Notes: a model not told the origin generated them from the sequence alone. DNA of 64,000 bases from Gemmatimonadales bacterium (GCA_965249575.1 OZ252244.1:3520001-3584000); one strand, 5' to 3'. Numbered from the stretch's first letter, positions 47,898 through 59,479 are shown. Numbers and translations: made by a program.

Positions 47898-48743
47898 GTG
47901 CGACCTGACGTGCTCGGGGTGATCGGGCTCGGCGCGATCGGAGGCTCCGTGGCGTGGGCTGCCTCCCGCCGGGGTGTAACGCGCGTGCTCGGGTACACAC
48001 CGGATACCGATGATGGCACGTCCGCGGAGTGGACGGGTGCCGTCACCCAACGCGTATCGAGCGTGGATCGGTTGGTTGCCGAGTCGCAGTTCGTGGTCCT
48101 GGCTGCTCCTCCTGCCATTACGCTCAGCCTGCTCGATGAGATCGGGCCGTCCCTCCGCGCGAATAACACACTCTGCACCGACGTGACCAGCGTGAAAGCA
48201 CCCGTCATCCAGCGGGCGGAAGGTCTCGGGCTCGCACCTGTGTTCGCGGGCTCCCATCCCATGGCGGGCACGCATATGTCGGGTTTCCAGGCGGCGGATC
48301 CCGGTATGTTGTCCGATGCAACGGTATTCGTGTGCTCCCTAGCGCGGGGAGAACGCGCGGCTCGAGAAGTCGCCGATTTCTGGTCCAGGGTCTGCGGAGC
48401 CCACCCGGTCGAGGTCGAGGCGGAAGCGCACGACCGGGCTCTGGCGTGGAGCAGCCACCTGCCTCAGGCGATGGCGTCGGCCCTCGCGGCGGCCCTCGAC
48501 GATTCTGCACCTGCAGAGGCCGCCTTTGGCCGCGGAGCGCGCGACACTACGAGAATCGCGGCCAGCAGCGTTGAGATGTGGCGCGATGTCCTGTTGCTGA
48601 ATCGATTGGCCGTCCTCGAGGCGATCGAAGCGGTGGAGGATCAACTCGGTGAGCTGGGCCGCGCACTCCGATCGGGCGACGCGGCCACCCTCGCTGACTG
48701 GCTCGAGGCCGGCGCCCGCTGGCGCCGGCAGCTGGACCGGTGA
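47898..48743 (+). CDS. tyrA: Prephenate/arogenate dehydrogenase
   Basis: GLGAIGGS, TDVTSVK, GSHPMAG, HDRALAWSSHLP, RDTTRIA. Confidence 0.9.
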   Translation: MRPDVLGVIGLGAIGGSVAWAASRRGVTRVLGYTPDTDDGTSAEWTGAVTQRVSSVDRLVAESQFVVLAAPPAITLSLLDEIGPSLRANNTLCTDVTSVKAPVIQRAEGLGLAPVFAGSHPMAGTHMSGFQAADPGMLSDATVFVCSLARGERAAREVADFWSRVCGAHPVEVEAEAHDRALAWSSHLPQAMASALAAALDDSAPAEAAFGRGARDTTRIAASSVEMWRDVLLLNRLAVLEAIEAVEDQLGELGRALRSGDAATLADWLEAGARWRRQLDR

Positions 48744-50005
48744 GCCAACCGAGGACCATTCGTCCCCCGTCAGACAAGAGTATTACACACCGAGCGCTCG
48801 CCTTGGCCGCCTTGTCGAAGGGCCGCTCCGTGCTTGAGGAGCCGCTGATCTCCCTGGACGCGCGATCCATGGCCGGGGTATTGCGCGCGGTGGGTATCCC
48901 GGTATCCCCACTCCGGGGAGAAGCAGTTCGTATCGATGGCAACGGGGTCCGTGGTTTTCGGGCGCCCAATCGTACGCTCAACTGTGGTAATTCCGGCACC
49001 ACCGCTCGGCTCATGTTGGGCATGCTGGCGGGGAGCCATTTCGCGGCACGCGTGAACGGAGACGCCTCCCTCCGCCGCCGGCCGATGCGCCGTGTGACGC
49101 ATCCCCTCTCCGACATGGGAGCCCACTTCGAGGAGCTGAATGGCGACGGCCTCCCGCTCCGCGTGCGGGGAGGGGCCCTGCGTGGGATCACGTATGACCT
49201 CCCCGTCGCGAGCGCGCAGGTGAAGAGCGCGATTCTGTTGGCGGCTCTCGTTGGTGGCGTGCCCGTCGCCCTTCGCGAGCCGGGGTCTTCGAGGGATCAC
49301 ACGGAGCGGATGCTCGAGGCGCTTGGAGCCTCACTCAAGCGGAAAGACGGGTGGATCAGTTTCGTGCCACCTGACGCGGTTTCATCGTTCGCCACGCGCA
49401 TTCCCGGCGACCCGTCTTCAGCGGCCTTCCTGGCAGCCGCGGCTGTTCTGGCTGGGAGCGGGCTTCTGATCACCGAAGTCGGGATAAACCCGACTCGAAC
49501 GGGATTCATCCATGTGCTGCGACGGATGGGTGCCCGGGTCGAAGTCATCCCGCGCGGCGAGCAGCTCGGAGAGCCGGTCGGTGATCTACTCGTCTCCCCC
49601 GGATCGTTGACCGGTACCGAGGTCGACGCCCGCGAGGTCCCGACCCTCATCGATGAGATCCCGATCCTGGCCGCCGTCGCTGCCCAAGCCGAGGGACCGA
49701 CGATCTTTCGCGGGATCGCGGAGCTCAGGGTCAAGGAGAGTGACCGGCTGCACCTGCTATCCGCGAATCTGCGCTCGCTTGGATGCGAGGCCGAAGCCTC
49801 CGCCGACTCGCTGTTGGTCTCCGGACTCGGCTTACCGTTGCGGGGGCAGGTCGACACCGCAGGCGATCACCGCATGGCGATGGCGTTTTCCGTGCTCGCG
49901 GCGGCGGTTCCCGAGTCCAACATCCGACTGAGCGAAGTGAAGTCTGCTGCGGTGAGCTACCCCTCGTTCTTCGCCGACCTGCGGCGCGTCCTGGCGGATG
50001 GCTAA
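48740..50005 (+). CDS. aroA: 3-phosphoshikimate 1-carboxyvinyltransferase
   Basis: DKSITHR, NCGNSGTTARL, ASAQVKSA, RDHTERML, ELRVKESDR, DHRMAM. Confidence 0.96.
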   Translation: MSQPRTIRPPSDKSITHRALALAALSKGRSVLEEPLISLDARSMAGVLRAVGIPVSPLRGEAVRIDGNGVRGFRAPNRTLNCGNSGTTARLMLGMLAGSHFAARVNGDASLRRRPMRRVTHPLSDMGAHFEELNGDGLPLRVRGGALRGITYDLPVASAQVKSAILLAALVGGVPVALREPGSSRDHTERMLEALGASLKRKDGWISFVPPDAVSSFATRIPGDPSSAAFLAAAAVLAGSGLLITEVGINPTRTGFIHVLRRMGARVEVIPRGEQLGEPVGDLLVSPGSLTGTEVDAREVPTLIDEIPILAAVAAQAEGPTIFRGIAELRVKESDRLHLLSANLRSLGCEAEASADSLLVSGLGLPLRGQVDTAGDHRMAMAFSVLAAAVPESNIRLSEVKSAAVSYPSFFADLRRVLADG

Positions 50006-50669
50006 GGTCGTCGCGATCGATGGCCCGGCTGGGTCGGGCAAGTCCACGACGGCCAGCGCGACCGCCGAGCGGCTCGGGTTCGCGCACCTCGATAGCGGAG
50101 CGCTGTACCGAGCCGTCACGCTTGCCGCGCTGGACGCGGGCGTCGAGATGGTGGGCGACCGCGTCGTTGGATTGGCGCGGACTCTACCGGTGCGGTTGGT
50201 CCTCGCCGCCGGCTGGATTCGGCCGGAGCTTGCGGGTGCCGACGTTTCGGGCTCGATCCGGGAGCCGCGAGTCACTGCGCGCGTCTCCGAGGTGGCTGCC
50301 CTGGCGGTGGTGCGTGAGTGGGTGACCGACCAGCTGCGCGCCATGGCGGCGCGACACCCCGCCGGTCTGGTAGCCGACGGGCGCGACATGGGCAGCGTCG
50401 TCTTTCCCGACGCGCCGATCAAGATCTACCTGACGGCGGATCGGCGCGAACGCGCGCGGCGCCGCGCCGCGGAGATGGGCGGGCCGGTCACCGAAACGAG
50501 TTTGGAGCGGGTGGCCGCCGGGCTCAGCGAGCGCGATGCCCGAGATTCCAGGCGGGAGCACGCGCCTCTAAAACCGGCCGCCGACGCGGTGGTGCTGGAT
50601 ACGACGGATCTGACACTCGAGGAGGCGGTCGAGCGCGTGGTTGCGCTCGCGCGGAACGCGTTAAGCTAG
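49998..50669 (+). CDS. cmk: Cytidylate kinase
   Basis: AIDGPAGSGKST, LDSGALYRA, DGRDMGSVVFP. Confidence 0.96.
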   Translation: MAKVVAIDGPAGSGKSTTASATAERLGFAHLDSGALYRAVTLAALDAGVEMVGDRVVGLARTLPVRLVLAAGWIRPELAGADVSGSIREPRVTARVSEVAALAVVREWVTDQLRAMAARHPAGLVADGRDMGSVVFPDAPIKIYLTADRRERARRRAAEMGGPVTETSLERVAAGLSERDARDSRREHAPLKPAADAVVLDTTDLTLEEAVERVVALARNALS

Positions 50670-50670
50670 C

Positions 50671-50699
50671 TTGACATAGGTCATACCCGCCCCTATGGT
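50671..50699 (+). promoter_or_regulatory. Sigma70 promoter for rpsA
   Basis: TTGACA-N17-TATGGT. Confidence 0.65.
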
Positions 50700-50762
50700 A
50701 CTTGGCTACCGCAATCCGCCTCGGGGAGGCGGTTTTCACATCAACGGAGTAACGTACCGGAC

Positions 50763-52568
50763 GTGTCGCAAGTGACTGACGAATCCCGTAGCGCTTCTAC
50801 TACCGAAGGAGCCGCTGAGACCCCCTCTCCTCGCTCGACCCTGCGAGTTCGTCCCGACCTCTACGACGAGAGCTACTCGGACGAGCAGTACCAAGAGATG
50901 CTCGAGCTCTACGAAGGAACACTGCAGAGCATCGTCGAGGGCGAGATCGTCAAGTCCAAGGTACTCCGCGTTACCGACACTCACGTCATTCTCGACGTCG
51001 GGTTCAAGTCCGAAGGCGCCGTTTCCGTTGACGAGTTCAAAGACCCCGGCAGCATCTCGCCGGGGGATGAAGTCGAAGTGTTCCTTGAGAATCTCGAGGA
51101 CCACGACGGGGCGGTCGTGCTCTCGAAGAAAAAAGCCGATTTCATGCGCGTGTGGGAGCGAATCCGACAAGCGTACGAGAACGACGAGCCGGTCGAAGGC
51201 ACGCTCATGAAGAAGATCAAAGGCGGGGTCGTCGTCGACTTGATGGGAGTCGACGCGTTCTTGCCGGGAAGCCAGATTGCCCTGCGGCGCGTGCCCAACA
51301 TCGACGAGCTCCTGGGCCAGGTCTATCCCTTCAAGATCATCAAACTCAACAAGCGACGCCGCAACATCGTCGTCTCGCGGCGCGTCATTCTCGAAGCCGA
51401 GCGCGCGACCAAGCGCAGCCAGCTCATGAAGGAGCTGGAAGTTGGTCAGGTTCGCAACGGAGTCGTCAAGAACATCACCGACTTCGGGGCGTTCATCGAC
51501 CTCGGCGGGGTCGACGGACTCCTGCACATTACGGACATGAGCTACGGTCGGGTGTCTCATCCGTCCGAGGCCGTCCAGATAGGGCTGGAGATCGAGGTCA
51601 AGGTCTTGGACATCGACTGGGATCGCGAGCGCATTTCCCTGGGCCGGAAACAGCTGCAGGCCTATCCCTGGGAGCATGTCTCCGAGAAGTACCCGGTTGG
51701 CGCGCGGGTCCAGGGAAAGGTGGTCAGCATCACCAACTACGGCGCGTTCGTCGAGTTGGAGCCGGGTATCGAGGGGCTGGTGCACATCAGCGAGATGAGT
51801 TGGACGCGCAACGTCCGGCACCCTTCCAAAATTGTGTCCATCGGGGAAACCATCGAAGCCGTCGTGCTCAAGGTCGATCCGAGCGAAGAGAAGATCTCCC
51901 TCGGCATGAAGCAGACCGAGCAGGACCCGTGGATGATGCTCCCGCTCAAATACCCGGTCGCGACGCGCATCACGGGCAAGGTCCGCAACCTGACGTCGTT
52001 CGGTGCGTTCGTCGAGATCGAGCCGGGGATCGACGGGTTGGTGCATATCTCCGACATGTCGTGGACCAAGCGCGTGCAACACCCCTCAGAGGTCGTCAAG
52101 AAGGGCGACACGGTCGACGTCGTCATCCTGAATGTTGATCCCGACAACAAGCGCATTTCACTTGGGTTGAAGCAGGCGACGGAAGATCCCTGGCTCCAGA
52201 TCGGCGAGGCGTATCCCGTCGATCGGGCGGTCTCCGGTCGGGTCGTGCGGTTCATGGACAACGGATTGGTGGTCGACATTGGCGACGACATCGAGGGATT
52301 CGTACCGGGGACTCAGGTGGGTCTGCCAGACGATAAGCCCCTACAGGACGCCGTGAGGGAAGGCCAGCCGGTCGATCTCAAAGTCTTGGAGGTTGACCCG
52401 ATTCACCACCGCATCGTGCTCGCCGCAACCGGATACCCCGAGGAGCCCGAGCCCGAGCCGGAGCCTGCGGCCGTGCCAGAAACTGCTCCCGCGCCGCCGG
52501 CTGTCCCCGAGGGGGACGCCGACGTCTCTCCGGACGGGGCACCCGAGACGGACCCGCCGTCGGAGTGA
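50763..52568 (+). CDS. rpsA: 30S ribosomal protein S1
   Basis: Six S1 repeats ([45 protein letters not shown]). Confidence 0.97.
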   Translation: MSQVTDESRSASTTEGAAETPSPRSTLRVRPDLYDESYSDEQYQEMLELYEGTLQSIVEGEIVKSKVLRVTDTHVILDVGFKSEGAVSVDEFKDPGSISPGDEVEVFLENLEDHDGAVVLSKKKADFMRVWERIRQAYENDEPVEGTLMKKIKGGVVVDLMGVDAFLPGSQIALRRVPNIDELLGQVYPFKIIKLNKRRRNIVVSRRVILEAERATKRSQLMKELEVGQVRNGVVKNITDFGAFIDLGGVDGLLHITDMSYGRVSHPSEAVQIGLEIEVKVLDIDWDRERISLGRKQLQAYPWEHVSEKYPVGARVQGKVVSITNYGAFVELEPGIEGLVHISEMSWTRNVRHPSKIVSIGETIEAVVLKVDPSEEKISLGMKQTEQDPWMMLPLKYPVATRITGKVRNLTSFGAFVEIEPGIDGLVHISDMSWTKRVQHPSEVVKKGDTVDVVILNVDPDNKRISLGLKQATEDPWLQIGEAYPVDRAVSGRVVRFMDNGLVVDIGDDIEGFVPGTQVGLPDDKPLQDAVREGQPVDLKVLEVDPIHHRIVLAATGYPEEPEPEPEPAAVPETAPAPPAVPEGDADVSPDGAPETDPPSE

Positions 52569-52587
52569 AGCGGCGAGTGTTTGGGCG

Positions 52588-52627
52588 ACGCCGGTGGCCT
52601 CCGGTTGGAGAGGTCGCCGGCGTTTTT
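52588..52627 (+). terminator. Intrinsic terminator after rpsA
   Basis: ACGCCGGTGGCCTC-loop-GAGGTCGCCGGCGT followed by a T run. Confidence 0.65.
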
Positions 52628-52650
52628 CCGTTCAGGATGGATTGCTGGCC

Positions 52651-54201
52651 ATGAGCAGCGAAGCCAAGCTGGAACGTCTGCGAGAGTTGCGAGCGGCCAC
52701 CGAGGTGGGCGGGGGGGGCGACCGCATCAAGGCGCAGCACAAGAAGGGCAAACTGACCGCGCGGGAACGCCTCGACGTCCTGCTGGATGAGGGGAGCTTC
52801 GTGGAGCTCGATCGGTTCGTAACCCACCGCTCCACCGAATTCGGGCTCGATGAACAGCGCGTATTGGGTGATGGGGTCGTGACCGGGTACGGACGGGTGG
52901 AGGAGCGGCTGGTCTATGTGTTCGCCCAGGATTTCACCGTGTTCGGGGGATCCTTGTCCGAAGCCCACGCGGAGAAGATCTGCAAGGTCATGGATCTCGC
53001 GACGCGAAACGGTGCACCGATCGTGGGCCTGAATGATTCGGGCGGGGCCCGAATTCAGGAGGGTGTTACGTCGCTCGGCGGATACGCCGACATTTTCTTG
53101 CGGAACACGATGGTGTCGGGCGTCGTGCCCCAGATCAGCGCGATCCTCGGTCCGTGCGCCGGTGGTGCTGTCTACAGTCCGGCTATCACCGATTTCGTCT
53201 TCATGGTGCGCGGGATCTCCTACATGTTCGTGACGGGACCGAACGTCGTGAAGACGGTGACGCATGAGGACGTGGACGCCGAGGCCCTGGGCGGTGCGGA
53301 CGTGCACGGCTCGGTGTCAGGTGTCGCTCACTTCGTCACCGACTCGGAGTCGGAGTGTCTCATGGGCGTTCGGACGCTTCTGGGATTCCTCCCCGGCAAC
53401 AACGTGGACACCCCTCCTGTGAGGTCGCCTCGGGATCCTGCAGATCGGCGAGACGAGGCGTTGCTCTCGATCGTGCCCGACAATCCGAACAAACCCTACG
53501 ACATGCACGATGTCATCGGCCGCATTGTGGATGACGGGGAGCTCTTGGAGATCCATCGCGACTTCGCCGCCAATCTCGTGGTGGGGTTCGCGCGGCTTGG
53601 CGGGCGCCCGGTGGGTGTCGTCGCTAACCAGCCGGCGGTGTTGGCGGGCGTTCTCGACATCAAGGCGTCTCTGAAGGGCGCGCGGTTCATTCGGTTCTGT
53701 GATGCATTCAACATTCCACTGGTGACCTTCGAAGATGTGCCGGGCTTCCTTCCCGGCGTCGAGCAGGAACACGGCGGGATCATCAAGCACGGTGCCAAGC
53801 TGCTGTACGCTTTTGCGGAGGCCACGGTCCCGAAACTGACTGTGATCACGCGCAAGGCGTATGGAGGCGCGTACGACGTGATGAGCTCGAAGCACATCCG
53901 GGGTGATTACAACGTCGCCTGGCCGACGGCTGAGATCGCGGTCATGGGACCAAAGGGAGCGGCGGAGATCCTCTTCAAGCGGGAGATCGCGGCTGCCGAT
54001 GACGCCGAGGCCAGGTTGGAAGAGTTGGTGCGGGAGTACCGCGAGACCTTCGCTCACCCGTACAAGGCGGCCGAACGAGGGTACATCGACGATGTGGTTG
54101 ACCCGAGGGAGACGCGCCCCCGGCTGATCTCCGCGCTCGAAACCCTCGTGACCAAACGCGACCGCAATCCACCCAAGAAGCACGGGAACATCCCCCTGTG
54201 A
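52651..54201 (+). CDS. pccB: Acyl-CoA (propionyl-CoA-type) carboxylase carboxyltransferase beta subunit
   Basis: [46 protein letters not shown]. Confidence 0.9.
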   Translation: MSSEAKLERLRELRAATEVGGGGDRIKAQHKKGKLTARERLDVLLDEGSFVELDRFVTHRSTEFGLDEQRVLGDGVVTGYGRVEERLVYVFAQDFTVFGGSLSEAHAEKICKVMDLATRNGAPIVGLNDSGGARIQEGVTSLGGYADIFLRNTMVSGVVPQISAILGPCAGGAVYSPAITDFVFMVRGISYMFVTGPNVVKTVTHEDVDAEALGGADVHGSVSGVAHFVTDSESECLMGVRTLLGFLPGNNVDTPPVRSPRDPADRRDEALLSIVPDNPNKPYDMHDVIGRIVDDGELLEIHRDFAANLVVGFARLGGRPVGVVANQPAVLAGVLDIKASLKGARFIRFCDAFNIPLVTFEDVPGFLPGVEQEHGGIIKHGAKLLYAFAEATVPKLTVITRKAYGGAYDVMSSKHIRGDYNVAWPTAEIAVMGPKGAAEILFKREIAAADDAEARLEELVREYRETFAHPYKAAERGYIDDVVDPRETRPRLISALETLVTKRDRNPPKKHGNIPL

Positions 54202-54272
54202 GACTGGCGTTCGCCGGACGTGCTCGGTCCGCCACGTCTCGTCGCACCGCCAATCCCAATCCGGGACCTTAA

Positions 54273-55778
54273 GTGCTCCGGCGCGTGCTCATCGCCAATC
54301 GTGGCGAGATCGCCGTCCGGATCATCCGAGCTTGCCATGAGGAAGGCATCGAGGCCGTCTCGGTCTATTCAGAGGCCGATCGCGGCAGCCCGCACGTGGC
54401 CGCTGCGGATCTGGCGATTGAGATCGGGCCAGCGGCGGCTGCTGCATCCTACCTAAAGACGGATCGGATCCTGGACGCCGCCAAACGCAGCGGCTCGGAT
54501 GCCATCCACCCCGGCTATGGGTTTCTGGCTGAGCGGGCTGCGTTTGCCGAGGCGGTCGTGGCTGCGGGGTTCGTGTTCGTGGGTCCGCCCGCAAGCGCCA
54601 TACGCGCGATGGGCGAGAAGACGGAAGCCCGCCGTCGCATGCGGGCCGCGGGCGTCGCGATCGTGCCGGGGACCGTCGAGCCGGTGACCGATCTCGACGA
54701 CGCCACGCGAGCAGCTGCCGAGGTGGGGTATCCGTTACTGTTGAAGGCGGCTGCTGGTGGTGGAGGGAAGGGCATGCGCCGGGTGGATGAGCCCGGAGCC
54801 CTTGGCGCGGCGCTTGAGCAGGCGACGTCGGAGTCCCGATCGGCCTTTGGTGATGGGGCCGTGTACCTCGAGCGGTTGATCGAGCGGCCGCGCCATGTCG
54901 AACTCCAGGTGCTGGCGGACCGATTCGGGAACGTGATCCACCTCGGCGAGCGCGAATGCTCGGTGCAGCGGCGCCATCAGAAACTGATCGAGGAAGCGCC
55001 GTCCCCGGTCGTCGATCTCGATCTGCGGCTCGCGATGGGGAAAGCGGCCGTCCAAGCTGCCAGATCGGTCAACTACGTTGGGGCCGGCACTGTCGAGTTC
55101 CTCCTCGAGCCCAGCGGCCGTTTCTATTTCCTCGAAATGAATACACGGATCCAGGTCGAGCACCCCGTGACGGAGGTAGTCTACGGGGTCGACCTGGTTC
55201 GCGAGCAGCTTCGCATTGCCGGTGGCGAGCCCATGACGCCATCCGGCCGGCCGATGCGCCCGCGAGGACACGCCATCGAATGTCGCATCACGAGCGAGGA
55301 TCCGTTTGACGGCTTCCTGCCCGCGACGGGTCGGATTGACTACCTACGGGTACCCGGTGGTCCGGGCGTGCGCTGGGATGGGGGGATCGAGGTCGGCTCC
55401 GAAGTGGGGCTGCACTACGACCCGCTGCTGGCCAAACTGATCACGTGGGGTGAGAGCCGCGACCGTGCTATCCAGCGAATGCGCCGCGCACTCGATGAAT
55501 TGGTGATCGTGGGGGTGCAGACGTCCCAGCCATTTCATCGGCGGGTGATGAGAGAGCGCACCTTTGTCGAGGGTCACTACGATATCGAGTATCTCGACCA
55601 AGTGGCTGTGGGCCTCCTGACGCCGGGGGCGGAGGAGTCGGATCTCGAGTCGATCGCGATCGCGGTGGCACTTGCCGAGGACTCGGAGCGAAATGCGCGG
55701 GTCCCGACGGTACTGGACGTCAAGGCGGTTGAAGGAAGCGCGTGGCTCAGAGCGGCGCGATTGGGCGGCCTGCGGTGA
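54273..55778 (+). CDS. accC: Biotin carboxylase subunit
   Basis: IANRGEIA, HPGYGFLAE, GGGGKGMR, ERECSVQRRHQK, EMNTRIQVEHPVTE. Confidence 0.9.
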   Translation: MLRRVLIANRGEIAVRIIRACHEEGIEAVSVYSEADRGSPHVAAADLAIEIGPAAAAASYLKTDRILDAAKRSGSDAIHPGYGFLAERAAFAEAVVAAGFVFVGPPASAIRAMGEKTEARRRMRAAGVAIVPGTVEPVTDLDDATRAAAEVGYPLLLKAAAGGGGKGMRRVDEPGALGAALEQATSESRSAFGDGAVYLERLIERPRHVELQVLADRFGNVIHLGERECSVQRRHQKLIEEAPSPVVDLDLRLAMGKAAVQAARSVNYVGAGTVEFLLEPSGRFYFLEMNTRIQVEHPVTEVVYGVDLVREQLRIAGGEPMTPSGRPMRPRGHAIECRITSEDPFDGFLPATGRIDYLRVPGGPGVRWDGGIEVGSEVGLHYDPLLAKLITWGESRDRAIQRMRRALDELVIVGVQTSQPFHRRVMRERTFVEGHYDIEYLDQVAVGLLTPGAEESDLESIAIAVALAEDSERNARVPTVLDVKAVEGSAWLRAARLGGLR

Positions 55779-57025
55779 CGCGGGTAGCCATCGACCGGAA
55801 CGCGGCGGGAGGGGACGGGGTGGGCCGGCTCCCGGACGGGATGACCGTCTTCGTCCCGCGCACGGCACCGGGCGACGTGGCCGACGTCCACGTGGCCGAG
55901 CGCCGGCCCAGATTTGCGCGAGGCGTGCTGACGGAGCTGGCCGTCGCCGGCCCGGAACGCGTAGCGCCACCGTGCGATCACTACGTGGTCGACCGGTGCG
56001 GCGGGTGCCAGCTGCAGCATCTTTCTTCCGATGAGCAACTTCGGGTAAAGCGTGCGGTGGTTGGCGATGCACTTCGTCGTATCGGACGGCGGCAAGTATC
56101 GGATCCCCCAATCGTCCCAGCGCCGTCGGGCTGGCGCTACCGCACTCGGATCACGCTCGCCGCGAAATCTCGCGGCGCCGGTCCGCCCGCCATTGGGCTA
56201 CGCCGTCGGGATGACGCAGGCGACGTGTTCGATTTATCGGACTGCCTGATTACGCGAGAAGCGCTCATGGGGCTGTGGACAAAGCTCCAGCGGCAACGGC
56301 AGTTCTTACCACTCGGGCTCCGGTCGGTGATGCTGCGAGAGGATTGGGAGGGTGGCAGGCACGTGATTCTGCAGGTCGACGGCGGGGAGTCGCCAGGTGA
56401 GCGCATCGCCGCCGCCGTGGGCGGGCTCGGCGCCACTCTATGGTGGCAGGATGCTTCCGGGCCTCCCCGCGCCGTGGGCAAACCGGTTTCGCCGATTCCG
56501 GTGTTTTCGTTCGAGCAAGTCAACCCCGAGTTCGGTGACCGCATCCGTTGCGATGCCGTCGAAGCGCTTGGCGACGTATCCGGGCGAACGGTCTGGGATC
56601 TGTACGGTGGGACCGGCAAAACGGCACGGTTGTTGGCCAGTCGCGGAGCGCGAGTCACGTCGGTCGACCTCGACCGGTCCGCGATCGCTTGGGCCCGTCG
56701 GGGCGGTGGGCGGGCGGGGCCGGGCGCACCGGCGATCCAATACATCGCATCGCGGGTTGAGCATGTCTTGGACCGGCTGCCGGAGCCTGACGTCATAGTC
56801 GCCAACCCCCCTCGTGCGGGACTACACACACACGTCTCGAAATGGGTGACCGCCTGGGCCACGTCGGCCCCGAGACGCCACCTGAGCTACGTCTCGTGCG
56901 ATCCCGCCACGCTCGCCCGCGATCTTGGCCGCATGCCCCCTTTGCGCCTGGCGCACCTAATGGCATACGACTTGTTCCCGCAAACGGCTCACGTCGAAAT
57001 CTTGGCTGTTCTGGAGTCGGGATGA
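55775..57025 (+). CDS. TRAM-domain RNA m5U methyltransferase (RlmD/RumA-like)
   Basis: C..CGGCQLQH Fe-S motif, FEQVN, DLYGGTG, NPPRAGL, YVSCDPATLARD, DLFPQTAHVE. Confidence 0.88.
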   Translation: MTRVAIDRNAAGGDGVGRLPDGMTVFVPRTAPGDVADVHVAERRPRFARGVLTELAVAGPERVAPPCDHYVVDRCGGCQLQHLSSDEQLRVKRAVVGDALRRIGRRQVSDPPIVPAPSGWRYRTRITLAAKSRGAGPPAIGLRRRDDAGDVFDLSDCLITREALMGLWTKLQRQRQFLPLGLRSVMLREDWEGGRHVILQVDGGESPGERIAAAVGGLGATLWWQDASGPPRAVGKPVSPIPVFSFEQVNPEFGDRIRCDAVEALGDVSGRTVWDLYGGTGKTARLLASRGARVTSVDLDRSAIAWARRGGGRAGPGAPAIQYIASRVEHVLDRLPEPDVIVANPPRAGLHTHVSKWVTAWATSAPRRHLSYVSCDPATLARDLGRMPPLRLAHLMAYDLFPQTAHVEILAVLESG

Positions 57026-57558
57026 AATACTCGGTGTCGATCGGTGGGCGAACGTTTGACGTCGGCGTGCATGGCGACAGGGTGGAGGTTGCCGGACGAT
57101 CGCTCGACGCCCACCAAGTCGTGGTTACGGGTACACCGCTGCGCCGCCTGGTCATCGGCGGTGTGACCCGAACGTATTCGTTGGAGCGGCAGCCGAGGGG
57201 CTGGATCGTCGGGCGAGGAGGCGAGCGCTGGGCGGTCGAGGTCGTCGATGAGCGAACGCAGCGGTTGCGCGCCCTCACCGGCGGGTCCCGCGCCCGTCCG
57301 TCCGACGGAATCGTCAAGGCGCCCATGCCGGGCCTCGTGCTCCGACTGGAGGTCGAGCCTGGTGAGGAGGTCGCGGCCGGTCGAGGTCTGTTAGTGCTCG
57401 AGGCGATGAAGATGGAGAACGAGATCAGGGCGCCAGCGAGTGGCGTTGTGCGCGCGGTCCTCGTGCAGCCGGGGCAAGTGGTCGAGCGGGGCACGGAGCT
57501 CGTCGAGATCGCGGGGAGCGTGCCGCCGAGTCTTGACCCTCCTCTACCGCCCGGCTAG
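57022..57558 (+). CDS. Biotin carboxyl carrier protein (biotin/lipoyl attachment domain)
   Basis: KAPMPGLV and biotinylation motif [12 protein letters not shown] overlap. Confidence 0.92.
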   Translation: MKYSVSIGGRTFDVGVHGDRVEVAGRSLDAHQVVVTGTPLRRLVIGGVTRTYSLERQPRGWIVGRGGERWAVEVVDERTQRLRALTGGSRARPSDGIVKAPMPGLVLRLEVEPGEEVAAGRGLLVLEAMKMENEIRAPASGVVRAVLVQPGQVVERGTELVEIAGSVPPSLDPPLPPG

Positions 57559-57561
57559 CTT
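57533..57561 (+). promoter_or_regulatory. Sigma70 promoter for rplM-rpsI
   Basis: TTGACC-N17-TAGCTT, 40 nt upstream of rplM. Confidence 0.6.
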
Positions 57562-57601
57562 CCTTCTCTGTCTTGAGTTACGGCACTTACAAACGAGCGT
57601 C

Positions 57602-58033
57602 ATGCAGACCTATTCGCCCAAGGCGAGCGAACTAGAGCATCACTGGCACGTCGTCGACGCCGATGGTGTGGCACTGGGCCGGCTCGCAAGCCGCGTCGCT
57701 CAGATCATTCGTGGTAAGCACAAACCCACGTTCGCGCCCCACCTCGACGGTGGGGATTTCGTCATCGTGGTCAATGCCGGCAAGGTCCGGCTGACCGGAC
57801 GGAAGCGGGAGCAGAAGCACTATTTTAGCCATACCGGCTACATGGGTCACGAACGGCACACCCCCGCCGGCGAATTGCTCCGCACACATCCCGACCGGGT
57901 GATCGAAAAGGCCGTGTTTGGCATGCTGCCCAAGAACAACTTGGGGCGGCAGCACCTTCGCAAGAAGCTCAAGGTGTATGCTGGCGCCGACCATCCTCAT
58001 GAGGCCCAGCGGCCTTCGCCGCTTCCGCTCTGA
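57602..58033 (+). CDS. rplM: 50S ribosomal protein L13
   Basis: [34 protein letters not shown]. Confidence 0.97.
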   Translation: MQTYSPKASELEHHWHVVDADGVALGRLASRVAQIIRGKHKPTFAPHLDGGDFVIVVNAGKVRLTGRKREQKHYFSHTGYMGHERHTPAGELLRTHPDRVIEKAVFGMLPKNNLGRQHLRKKLKVYAGADHPHEAQRPSPLPL

Positions 58034-58050
58034 GGCACCGGACCGAGACT

Positions 58051-58458
58051 ATGACCGTTTCGCAACAACCGGAATTGAGGTGGCAGGCTGTCGGACGGCG
58101 CAAGACGAGCGTCGCACGGGTCTACCTGACGCCCGGATCCGGGAAATGGGACGTTAACGGCCGCACGCTGGGGGATTTCTTCCCACGCCGGTCGCTCGTC
58201 CAGCACATTCAGCAACCGTTCACGGTGACCGACACCCTGGGGGCGTTCGACGTCCGGGCGAGGGTCAATGGCGGCGGTATGACCGGACAGGCGGGTGCGA
58301 TCCGCCTGGGGATCGCCAGGGCGCTCGTCGGAGCGGATGAGACGCACCGCAGAAAGCTCAGAGAGCAGGCCCTTTTGACTCGGGATCCGAGAGCGGTGGA
58401 GCGCAAGAAGCCGGGCCGACCCAAAGCCAGAAAGCGGTTCCAGTTCTCGAAGCGGTAG
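58051..58458 (+). CDS. rpsI: 30S ribosomal protein S9
   Basis: GRRKTSVARV, GGGMTGQAGA, ARKRFQFSKR. Confidence 0.97.
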   Translation: MTVSQQPELRWQAVGRRKTSVARVYLTPGSGKWDVNGRTLGDFFPRRSLVQHIQQPFTVTDTLGAFDVRARVNGGGMTGQAGAIRLGIARALVGADETHRRKLREQALLTRDPRAVERKKPGRPKARKRFQFSKR

Positions 58459-58564
58459 TCGGTTTCGGTCCAGCACGCACATCGCCGGACCTCGTCTTGG
58501 GTGTTCACCGTGGTGAATCGGGGCGAGGGGGGAAGGCGGTGGACGATCAACCCAAGGATTCTCG

Positions 58565-59479
58565 ATGACGCAACCGCAGCTCCACGATCTGCTCGAAGCC
58601 GGCGTCCACTTCGGCCACCAGACGCGACGGTGGAACCCGAAGATGAGGCGCTTCATCTTTGCCGAGCGTTCCGGCATCTACCTCATCGACCTGCAGAAAA
58701 CCCTGCGGCAGCTCGAGACGGCTCAGGAGTTGATGCGCTCGGTCGTCCTTCGGGGCGACGCGGTGCTGTTCGTCTGCACGAAGAAGCAGCTGAAGCTGAT
58801 CGTACGGGCCGAGGCCGAGCGATGCGCTTCGTTCTACGTGACGGAGCGATGGCTCGGCGGGATGCTCACGAACTTCAATACGATCAAGAAGCAGATTCGG
58901 CGCCTCAAAGAGATCGAGCAGGGTTTAGAAGAAGGCGCCTACGAGTTCTTTACGAAGAAAGAGCAGCTCCTGTTCGAACGCGAGCAAGAAAAGCTCAACC
59001 GGAACCTCGAAGGCATCAAGAACATGAACCGGCTTCCCGGGGCGATGTTCGTCGTTGATGCCAAGAAGGAGCGCATCGCCATTGCCGAGGCTAACAAGCT
59101 GAAAATCCCTGTCATCGCGATCGTCGACACGAATGCCGACCCGGATGTCATCTCGGTCCCGATCCCGGGCAACGACGACGCGATCCGCTCCGTCTCGCTG
59201 ATCACGCACGCGGTCGTCGACGTGATTGAGGAGGCGCGGAGTCAGGTACCAGTACGCGAAGCCAGTGAAGAGGGTGAGGGCTACACTTACAGCACCGACG
59301 TTGGCGCGGCCGACGAGGACTCCGACGAGCGCCGCCGTCGCCGGCGACCGCGGCGCAAGCGGCGTCCAAAACCCGAGGCGATCGCGGCACGGCTCAAAGG
59401 GGAGACTGCGGAGGGCGAGACCCCGCCGGAGGGGAGCGACGCCGAGGCTGCCAAAGCGGACGTGTCGGGGGACGGATAG
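58565..59479 (+). CDS. rpsB: 30S ribosomal protein S2
   Basis: LLEAGVHFGHQT, RWLGGMLTN, IPGNDDAIRS. Confidence 0.97.
   Translation: MTQPQLHDLLEAGVHFGHQTRRWNPKMRRFIFAERSGIYLIDLQKTLRQLETAQELMRSVVLRGDAVLFVCTKKQLKLIVRAEAERCASFYVTERWLGGMLTNFNTIKKQIRRLKEIEQGLEEGAYEFFTKKEQLLFEREQEKLNRNLEGIKNMNRLPGAMFVVDAKKERIAIAEANKLKIPVIAIVDTNADPDVISVPIPGNDDAIRSVSLITHAVVDVIEEARSQVPVREASEEGEGYTYSTDVGAADEDSDERRRRRRPRRKRRPKPEAIAARLKGETAEGETPPEGSDAEAAKADVSGDG

Noticed and set aside
50736..54183. Long minus-strand ORFs opposite rpsA and pccB
   Set aside because: Antisense shadows of highly biased housekeeping genes.
55775..57025. RNA methyltransferase between biotin carboxylase and BCCP as an insertion element
   Set aside because: It is joined by 4-nt overlaps on both sides with no mobile-element signs; it looks like a stable operon arrangement.
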